A stretch of DNA of 64,000 nucleotides, from NCBI GenBank assembly GCA_903864315.1, contig CAIPFK010000100.1:7728-71727 (forward strand). Direction: 5' to 3'. This stretch comes from an uncultured Burkholderiales bacterium. Its GTDB lineage: Bacteria; Pseudomonadota; Gammaproteobacteria; Burkholderiales; Burkholderiaceae_C. The position numbers were made by a program, and so were the translations under genes. Positions within the stretch are counted from its first letter, which is position 1; each line of letters opens with the position of its first letter. Below, piece by piece: positions 30,442 to 39,000 of this stretch. The notes beneath the pieces are model-generated. The model was given only the letters and a program-made list of their open reading frames with translations. It did not search any database and was not told where the DNA came from.

Positions 30442-32400
30442 TTGAAAAAAATTATTCGAGCATTTGGTTTATTTGTCTGCTTTCACCTGTTTTGCTGGGT
30501 GAATGTCGTACAAGCACAGGTACAGTTTGAGCAGTCGTTTTACTACGATGAAACAACGAAATTGACCATCGATGATGTGAATGGCATCGATTTTCAGCCT
30601 TTTTCAGATGACTTGCGGCAAGGTATCTTTAAAGGCTCGACCTGGATCAAGGTTGTAATTTCCAAATCAAAAGATTTTGATCGCATCTCTAGCGAATACA
30701 ACGTTTTCCCACTGGTTATCGGGCTTGGTAATTTTAATTTAGATCACATTGAGATGTATGAGCCGGTGAACGGGATTTGGACAAAGCAAGTCGTTGACCA
30801 CATTAATCTTCAAAGACCTCGCATTTGCAATGATGACCTTCACTGCTTTAATCTCAAAACGCATTTGATCAATCCCCAAGTTGAAACTTTGTATTTGAAA
30901 ATAGATACACAAAGTTTTAGAACACTTCACGTGGAAGTTCGACCCCAAAATCTTTTGGCGTCGAGTTCAATCGTTAGAGTTTTTAGAATTTCGACTACAT
31001 TGGCATTTGGGTTCTGTCTTTTTTTGTTGGCTTTTATTTTTTATGCTATTGAGCGTAGTCAATTCTTATTGGCGTTTGCACTGTTTGAGCTCTCAATCAT
31101 TTCATATTTGTATGTGTCGAGTGGCATCAATTACAATTTATTTGATTTCCATATTCATATTTTCACCTTCGCGCTACCTCTTACGCTCTTTAATCTTCGA
31201 CTCGTTTTGTTTATCTGGCTTTGCTACCTCACCATTGTCGATTATTCGCCGTCAAGGCAGTATGTCTTACTCTGTAAGGTATGTTTCCTTTTGGCCTTTG
31301 TTGCTTTGCTTTTGCCTGCCGCTGACCTTCGGTCATGGTCCTTGGAGCTTAACTTGTGCACTCAAGCGCTTGTGGTGATTCTCAATATCTATGGCGTATT
31401 TCATTGCAAAAAAATACCATTGAATATCAAATATATTTTATTGACTGGTTATAGTGTTTATTTGTTCTTGTTTTTCTTTGGTTTGATCTATTCGGTTGGT
31501 TGGTTTGAATTTGGTTTGCATCAGTACATCGGTTTCAGAAATTATTATGATTTTAGGTTGAATGGGATGCCCATTGGCATCGTTGTATTTTCCATTGTTG
31601 TTATTCAAATATTGACATCCAAGAAAAATGCCTATCAAGCATTGGCTGACGCGAAAATCAATGAAGCCAAAGTGTTTTATTTGAATGAAAAACTCGCAGA
31701 GAGAGAAGATATGGCGGAGGTTTTATCTCACGAAGTTAAAAATCCGCTTTCAACGATTCGTTTTGCTTCTAACTCAATACAAAATAGCGCTACTGTTGGA
31801 TCTGACCTTCACGCCCGAGCGATAGTGATTAATCGATCGGCCTCTCGAATTGATGATTTGATCAACCAAGTCTACTTATCCAATCAACTAGATAAGAAAA
31901 TATTTCAAAAAGAAGTTTCCGATATCAACCTGTCTGATTTCTTTGTTGAACTGGTCGGTGAGTTCAATGCTATGCATCGATTTAACCTTGAAATTCCTAT
32001 TGATTTATCCATCAAATCAAATGAGTTTCTATTGAATACTATTTTTACAAACTTAATCGGTAACGCAATTAAATATGCTTCCCCCAACTCCATAATTGAT
32101 GTGAGTGTTTTCCTGAAAGATCAAATTATTGACGACTCATCAATGCCAACCAGATCAGGCGTGGCATTGGTTGATCAAAAAGTTATCTTTTTGATATCTA
32201 ATGAAGTTGAGTCTTTGAGTCTGCCTGATCCAGAAAAAGTCTTTCAACGATATTACAGGCATGATAATTTTTTAACAAAACCCGGAATGGGTATTGGTTT
32301 GAATATCGTCAAGTCCGCAACTGATTTGTTGAACGGTACTATTTCTTATTCTGTTTCGAATTCTATTGTGTCCTTCAATGTTGAGATTCCAAAGTTATGA
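30442..32400 (+). CDS. Sensor histidine kinase, 7TM-DISM type
   Basis: Signal peptide, extracellular domain, ~7 TM helices, H-box LSHEVKNPL, N-box NLIGNAIKY, GMGIGL. Confidence 0.9.
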   Translation: MKKIIRAFGLFVCFHLFCWVNVVQAQVQFEQSFYYDETTKLTIDDVNGIDFQPFSDDLRQGIFKGSTWIKVVISKSKDFDRISSEYNVFPLVIGLGNFNLDHIEMYEPVNGIWTKQVVDHINLQRPRICNDDLHCFNLKTHLINPQVETLYLKIDTQSFRTLHVEVRPQNLLASSSIVRVFRISTTLAFGFCLFLLAFIFYAIERSQFLLAFALFELSIISYLYVSSGINYNLFDFHIHIFTFALPLTLFNLRLVLFIWLCYLTIVDYSPSRQYVLLCKVCFLLAFVALLLPAADLRSWSLELNLCTQALVVILNIYGVFHCKKIPLNIKYILLTGYSVYLFLFFFGLIYSVGWFEFGLHQYIGFRNYYDFRLNGMPIGIVVFSIVVIQILTSKKNAYQALADAKINEAKVFYLNEKLAEREDMAEVLSHEVKNPLSTIRFASNSIQNSATVGSDLHARAIVINRSASRIDDLINQVYLSNQLDKKIFQKEVSDINLSDFFVELVGEFNAMHRFNLEIPIDLSIKSNEFLLNTIFTNLIGNAIKYASPNSIIDVSVFLKDQIIDDSSMPTRSGVALVDQKVIFLISNEVESLSLPDPEKVFQRYYRHDNFLTKPGMGIGLNIVKSATDLLNGTISYSVSNSIVSFNVEIPKL

Positions 32401-33134
32401 TGCCTGTTATCAATCCTTCAGATTTGTTGCCAAAATTTAATGTTGTCTTGGTGGAAGATGATCATTTCTTAAGGGATGAAATTACTTCATACCTTTCAGC
32501 CAACAATTTTTCTGTGCATGCGGTGGCAAGTGCACAGTCCCTCACTGATTGGGTGACGCCTGAGCCCATTGATCTGTATGTCATCGATCTCAATTTACCC
32601 GGTGAAGGTGGCTTGAGTTTGTCAAAACGCATTAGAGCCAACTCACCTGCTGTGGGCATTGTGATCATCACTGCCAAACTTGGATTGAGTGATAAATTGG
32701 CCAGTTACTCTCATGGTGGAGCTGATTTTTATCTCAATAAGCCCATTTCTCCTGACGAGTTGGTTTTGGTCTTGCAAAATCTGGGTCGCAGAATCAGAAA
32801 TACCAGCGCTAAATCTGATTGGACTTTAAGCCTTCAAGACCGCACCTTGATCGGGCCTGGTGACAAGCAAAGTGTGCATTTGACCAATCGTGAAAAAATT
32901 CTCATCATGGCTTTAATACAGGCCAAAGACTTTTCGCTTGAATCTGGCTATTTGTGTGACTTGTTCACCTCGAGCGATTCGGATGACTACATGTCAAAAC
33001 ATGCGTTAGAAGAATTGATCGCAAGGCTCAAAAGGAAATTTAAAAGTGTTCAAGTGGGTGAAGAAAAGCCACTCATCAAGTCAGTATGGGGTTTTGGCTA
33101 TCAATTGTGTTTAAATATTCAAATTATTCACTAG
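32397..33134 (+). CDS. OmpR-family response regulator
   Basis: LVEDD, IDLNLPGEGG, YLNKP, winged-helix IKSVWGFGY; ATGA overlap with kinase. Confidence 0.92.
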   Translation: MMPVINPSDLLPKFNVVLVEDDHFLRDEITSYLSANNFSVHAVASAQSLTDWVTPEPIDLYVIDLNLPGEGGLSLSKRIRANSPAVGIVIITAKLGLSDKLASYSHGGADFYLNKPISPDELVLVLQNLGRRIRNTSAKSDWTLSLQDRTLIGPGDKQSVHLTNREKILIMALIQAKDFSLESGYLCDLFTSSDSDDYMSKHALEELIARLKRKFKSVQVGEEKPLIKSVWGFGYQLCLNIQIIH

Positions 33135-33315
33135 ATTGATGTGTGTTTAATCATCATCATCGTGGTGGTGGCTTCTGACCACGGGCTTGGATCCACAGGG
33201 AGGTCTTGCTGGCGAAAGATCAAGCGTTGCTGGTGCAGCCTCGTATGAAAGCGGCGGGGAGTTTTTTTTTCATGCTGTACTTTTTTTCATTTGACGAGGC
33301 TCAATTTCAGATCGA

Positions 33316-34248
33316 TCAACGGCTTAAAAGTCCAGCCAATTGCAGTGCCTCCTTGATGCGAGCAATCTCGGCATCGCTGATTTTGTAGAGTGGTGGTCGC
33401 ACCACTGCACGCGGCAGTTTACCCAAGAGCACCAACGCTTCTTTCATTCTGTTGTGCATGTCAACAAAGGGGTCAGAGTAAAACACCTCGGCAGTGAAAT
33501 GGATGCGGTGGTGCAGCTGTTGCGCCAGTGCCAGGTCTTTGTTTTGTACCGCTTGGAATAATTCGGATTGCAGTTGAGCAATGACCGAGCCGCTGCCTGA
33601 GAGGAGTCCGTTGCAGCCCAAGACCAAACTGGCAAAAAGCCAAGCGCTGTGGGTGCTGAGCACATTGACCGCTGGGTTCAAGGTTTGCAGGGCCTGAATT
33701 TGTCGGTAGGCCAATTGAGGGTTACCGCACCAGTCCTTGATGGCGGCGATGGTGGGGACGGCTTCAACCATTTTCAAGAGTGTACTCAAGGGGTAACCTT
33801 GTCCACCGGCCAGACCGTATTGAAACGCAATGATGGGCAAGTCGCTCACCTCGGCAATGCGCTTGAAGTGCTCAATGGCCATCTCGGGGCGTTGCCCAAA
33901 GGTGTGAATGCCTGGCGGAAAGACAAGCAAGGCACTGGCGCCTCCCTCGTGGGCCATTTTGGCCAAACGTTGGGCCTCGAGACTGCCATCGCAATAGATG
34001 CCGTTGACAATGGGGGTGGTTTGTCCGACCTCGTCCATGGTGATGGCCAGCAATTGCTTTTGTTCTTCAAAGGTGCAAGAGCCCACCTCGGTGGAGTGGC
34101 AGTTGATGGTCAAGGCCGTGATGCCAGGCACGCCAGAGAGCTCTTTGATGTGATGGCGAAAACTCACCTCATCAATGGAGAGATCGTCAAAAAAAGGCAA
34201 TAAAACGGCAGGAATCACGCCGTGGGGTTTATAGGAGTGTTGAGTCAT
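33316..34248 (-). CDS. DapA/NanA-like class I aldolase family protein
   Basis: GVIPAVLLPF..DLSID, AIKD Schiff-base Lys, VRPPL; GTTGE replaced by CHSTE. Confidence 0.85.
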   Translation of the reverse strand: MTQHSYKPHGVIPAVLLPFFDDLSIDEVSFRHHIKELSGVPGITALTINCHSTEVGSCTFEEQKQLLAITMDEVGQTTPIVNGIYCDGSLEAQRLAKMAHEGGASALLVFPPGIHTFGQRPEMAIEHFKRIAEVSDLPIIAFQYGLAGGQGYPLSTLLKMVEAVPTIAAIKDWCGNPQLAYRQIQALQTLNPAVNVLSTHSAWLFASLVLGCNGLLSGSGSVIAQLQSELFQAVQNKDLALAQQLHHRIHFTAEVFYSDPFVDMHNRMKEALVLLGKLPRAVVRPPLYKISDAEIARIKEALQLAGLLSR

Positions 34249-34480
34249 GGTGCAAGGCTGTATAAACGAAGGGGGCAAAGGGGGTGAGGCACCCTTGGCG
34301 CAGTGTAGGTTGGCCAAAGCTTGATTATATGAAACAAGATCTCGCTTTGATCGAGTCGCTGGTGCCTATCAGGCGCTTAAATTGAATTGAATGCCATTCA
34401 ATGAGACTCTAGGGAAGATATGTAGATCTAAAGTGCAAAGTTCCTTGCAAAATACCCTATATTGCTTGGAGACACTGTCG

Positions 34481-35461
34481 ATGTTTAAATTTTTTGCACC
34501 CGTTTTATCCTTGTGGCTTTCGCTCATGGTCTTGCTGGCGACGTCTGGCGCCCAGGCTCAAGGGACCTACCCATCCAAGCCCATTCGTTTCATCGTGGAC
34601 AGTGTGCCTGGGGGTACCACCGATTTGATGACCCGATTGTGCGCTGACGTGCTCACCAAGCAGGGCATTGTGGTGACGGTTGAAACCAAAGCCGGCGCCA
34701 CGGGAGGCTTGGCCGCGGACTATGTCATGAGCTCACCCCCGGATGGCTATACCATCCTGGGAGCCCCCAATGGCAATTTGCTGATCCAGCATTTTTTGGA
34801 GAAAGGTGCCAGTTTTAACCCCTCTCGTGACTTGTCCTCTATTTTCATCAGCTCTGAGAGTCAACACCTGTTGGTGGTGCCCAAAACCCTGGGTGTCAGT
34901 GATGTCGCGGGCTTGATTGCCTACGCCAGGGCCAATCCAGACAGTGTTTACTATGGCTCAGCCGGTCTTGGAACTCAGCCCCATATCTCCGTGAGTCAAT
35001 TGGGCAAGATCGCCAATATCAAGTTCACCCACGTGCCTTACAAGGGTCTGGGGGGCGCCATGACTGATTTGTTGGCGGGTCGATTGCAACTGCTCTCCAG
35101 CAGCTTGGGTACCGTGAAGGGCTACCTTAAAAGCGGTCAATTGAAAGCCATTGCGGTGAGTGGTCCACACCGCCTGGGCGCTTTGACGGATGTGCCCACA
35201 GCGGCGGAAGCTGGTATCCCCGATTGGTCGATGAATGTGTGGTTTGGCCTCTTTGGCCCCAAAAACATGAACCCCCAAGCACAGAAGTTTCTCTCTGAGC
35301 GCTTACTTGGCGCCTTTCAAGACCCCAAATTGATCGCCAGAATTGAAGAACAAGGGGGTGGTGTGGTGAGCGATACGCCAGTCCAGATCACTGACAGGCT
35401 GGTCAAAGAATTCAAGGTCTATACCCAGCTCTTCAAAGAAGGCGTGATCACCTTGGAGTAA
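34481..35461 (+). CDS. Bug/TctC substrate-binding protein
   Basis: YPSKPIRFIV..PGGTTD, PDGYT, HVPYKG; GGAGA RBS. Confidence 0.92.
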   Translation: MFKFFAPVLSLWLSLMVLLATSGAQAQGTYPSKPIRFIVDSVPGGTTDLMTRLCADVLTKQGIVVTVETKAGATGGLAADYVMSSPPDGYTILGAPNGNLLIQHFLEKGASFNPSRDLSSIFISSESQHLLVVPKTLGVSDVAGLIAYARANPDSVYYGSAGLGTQPHISVSQLGKIANIKFTHVPYKGLGGAMTDLLAGRLQLLSSSLGTVKGYLKSGQLKAIAVSGPHRLGALTDVPTAAEAGIPDWSMNVWFGLFGPKNMNPQAQKFLSERLLGAFQDPKLIARIEEQGGGVVSDTPVQITDRLVKEFKVYTQLFKEGVITLE

Positions 35462-35561
35462 AAAGGACCACCAAAGTGACAAAGGTGCACAAATGGTTGT
35501 CTTGGTTCCTCAATGGGACTAAACTGGGCCTTGAGTTGATGTTCTCTTGAAATGAAATTCC

Positions 35562-35933
35562 ATGAAAAAAATTGTTGGTGTGTCCCTATGCTTGATGTTT
35601 TTTGGCGAGAATGTCTGGGCGCAAAATTTGCCCAAGCTTGACGCTTTGCCCAACCCTGTTGGCGTAGCAACACCTGCGCCAGGCAAAACAGATGCTCCAA
35701 GCCCGAGCAAACCCAGTGTGGTTCAGTCCAACAACACGGCCAACGTGAATGGATTGATGATTTCAAACACTTCAATTTCACCAGTGATTGCACCAGTGAC
35801 TCCACCAGCCACGTCCACATCCCTTTACAGTGGATTTTCTAAGGACGTGTTGTCGAGCCAACCCCACCAATCGAGCTACTTCCAAAACGCGCAGACCTGT
35901 ACCCAAGTCGGAATCACCAGGACTTGTAACTGA
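35562..35933 (+). CDS. Small secreted hypothetical protein
   Basis: MKK + hydrophobic + VWA|Q signal; Pro/Ser/Thr-rich; C-terminal CTQVGITRTCN. Confidence 0.65.
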   Translation: MKKIVGVSLCLMFFGENVWAQNLPKLDALPNPVGVATPAPGKTDAPSPSKPSVVQSNNTANVNGLMISNTSISPVIAPVTPPATSTSLYSGFSKDVLSSQPHQSSYFQNAQTCTQVGITRTCN

Positions 35934-36062
35934 TATATGACGGGATCGATTTGGATCGATTTCTCGCGTCCCTTCAACTCCATTGCAGTCACTTGACTTT
36001 CGGGGTTCTATTGGGGTTCCACGATTGGGTCGTTGAATCCGCCGCCCTCCAAGGCCTCGTTA

Positions 36063-39000
36063 TTAGGAGCTGAGTCCTGTGAGGTTGACGGAATAATCGC
36101 TCACCCCCACAAAATTTCCCCCTGAAACACCATGGATGATGCCGCTTGGAATGCTGAATTGATAGGGGCCTGAGGTTTGATAAAAGTTCGAGTGCAAGAC
36201 AGTCAGTGTATTGCCCGATATCTGAATGTAGGGGTTGCTCGTGATGTCCAAAAGGCTTTGTTGACCGTTCGGTGCGGTGATGGTGATGTTGCCAGCACTT
36301 GGCGTGATGAACTGAGAGAAGGTGAAGATGACATCCGAGCTCGCTGAGCCCGATGTTTTATTGAGTGGCGATTGAGACAACAGCGAAATGTTGGGCGGTG
36401 TGGTGGAGGGTGGATTGACCAATCCACCGTTTTGCGCGACGATGCTGTTTGATGTCAACTGCAAGACCGCATTGGTGTAAATGGTATTGCCAAATTGAAT
36501 CACTGGGGCGGTGAGCCTTTGCGTTGTCGCATCATAGGTGTCATAAGCGGTGGCGGGAAGTCCATTGGCAATGCTCACGACTGAGCTCACCGTCACAATC
36601 ATGTTGGAGTAAGTAACGCCTCCCATCATCAGCTTGTTGATTGACAAATAGGTACCATCGAATTGATCAGGTGCAAGCACTGCTTTGTCGATGAGGTCGA
36701 GCGTGGCACTGGAGTTGCCCAGCGTAACCGTCATGGTTTTATTGCCCTGAAACGTCGGGTGAGTGAGTGTTGAGATGTTGAGATTGGTCACACCACCCGC
36801 GTCAATGACGACTGATCCAGTCAGTGAGCCCGATTTCAAATCGGTGGCGGCCACGCTGCCGGTGATGGAGTAGGGCACTGCGGTGCCCACAGGCACGTTG
36901 ACGCTGGAGACGATGAAATTGGCATTGTTGCCTTCTATTACGCTGGCACTGGTGGCACTGATGTTGAGTGCTTGGTTGGTATCGATCAAGGTCTCAGAGG
37001 CAGTTTGATCGTTGATGGTCAGGGTCAAGGTTTTGTTGCCCTGAAAACCAGTGTGGTTCAACGTTGGAATGCTGATCGTGGCTTTGCCCGAGGGATCGAT
37101 GTTGACCGAACCTGTCAGATTGGCGCTGCCCAAGTCGCTGGCCGCGCTCACGCCCGAAAGAGTGTAGAAAACTTGGGTTGCATTGGGTAAATTGGTGGTG
37201 CTCAAAGAAAAGCTTGCCGCACTTCCAAAATTCACCGAACTGGCGTTTGCCTTTAACGTGTAGGTGGGCTTGGCCGCCATGTCGATCAAGGTTTCACTCG
37301 CACTCACGCCGTTCACACTCACCGTCATCGTTTTATTGCCCTGATAGCTTGAGCTCGGGGTGGTCGGTATTGAGATATTGGCAACGCCAGGACTTGCGAT
37401 CATGACGCTACCACTCAATTGACCACTCACGACATTGGCCGCGCTCACACCACTGATGGTGTAGTTGACTGAACTGCCAAAGGGCACATTGATGGTATTG
37501 ACGGTGAAGATGACGGTTTGACCCGCATTGACGCTGGAGGCTGTTGGGGTGATGCTGTAAATGGGCGGGGAGGGCGAGTTGTCGATCAATGTGACGCTAG
37601 CGCTTTGACCGTCAACGTTGACGCTCATGGTTTTATTGCCAAGACTGTACGCGTGAACGGTGGTGGGAATGGAGATGGTGGCTTGGCCATTGTTGAAGAC
37701 CACCGAATTAGAGATCGAGGTATAGTCACCAGGGCCCACGCTGCCAGAAATCGAAAATTGCGCGATGGTACCGTTAGGGATAGAGCTAGAGGTGAGTGTA
37801 AAGACAGCATTGTTGCCCTCCACCAACGAGGTCGATTTTGCGCTCAGACCAAAACTCATGCCCTTGAGCGTCGCATTGTCGATGAGTGTGGTGCTCACAC
37901 TCGCCGTGCTACTGCTGTTGTTGGGGCCACTGCCAGTGATCGTCACCCCTAGTGTCTTATTGCCCAAGTTGCTCATGTGCGTGAGGGTCGGGATGGTGAG
38001 GGTGGCCAAGCCGTTGGCGTCGACAGTGACGGTGCCTGAGAGTTGTCCTGACGCGATGTCTGAGGCAGACACACCGCTCAAGGTGTATGGCAAGATGGCG
38101 CCAGCACTCAGGCCCGAGGTGACCAAATTCAACACGACGCTTTGTCCCTCAATGTATTGACTGGCCGAAGCGGTGAGGCTCAAGTTCACTGGCGGGGTTT
38201 TGGAGAACGAGACGATCGTGCCTCCACTGCCATCACTGGCAATGATTGGGTATCCCCCCAGGAGAGAGCCTGCAAGGTTGAAGGTGAGGGTTTTACCGCT
38301 CGCATTGACGACACTCAACACGCCTGCGCTATAGCTCACTGAAGTTGCAATGAAACCGGCCAAATCAAGTTGGTCGCCAAATACAAAAGAAGAGATGCTG
38401 CCTGTGTAGAGGCCTGGGTTGTCAAGCTTCAAGGTTGCATTGGTCCCCAGCATTTGAACGGGGATGTTGAAATTCGATGACGTGGTGTTATTGAGCTCCA
38501 GTGTGGAGCCTGTATTCACGGTGCTGTTTGTGCTCGTGGTGATCAACGACAAGGCGCCATTGATTTGGAGCACTGGATTGGTCGATGTGGAGCCTTGGGC
38601 GCTGGCATTAAACGCATTGGCGCCGGTGAAGTTGGCATTGACGATGCCGTAGCCCTGGATATAGCCGTAGTTGCCCGTGATGGTCCCAGCGTTAATGCTG
38701 CCACCCGATAAATTGATCGTTCGGTAGGCAACGATGGCGCTTGAAACATTCAAGTTGCCCGCTAAATCGAGGTCCGAGTTGGCGCTATAAAGATAGGTTG
38801 CATTGAGCAGCGAGTTGGTTTGAATACTCAACGGTGTATTGGAGAGCGTCAATGTGTAGGCCGATGCAGAACCCGACACCAGCACTGTGCTGCTGTTGAC
38901 GATATTGACGTTGGTGGACAAATTGGGCAGCATGCCCGATGTCCAGTTGGAGGCTGTGTTCCACGCGCCACCCGCAGCAAGAGGCCACGTGACACTGGGA

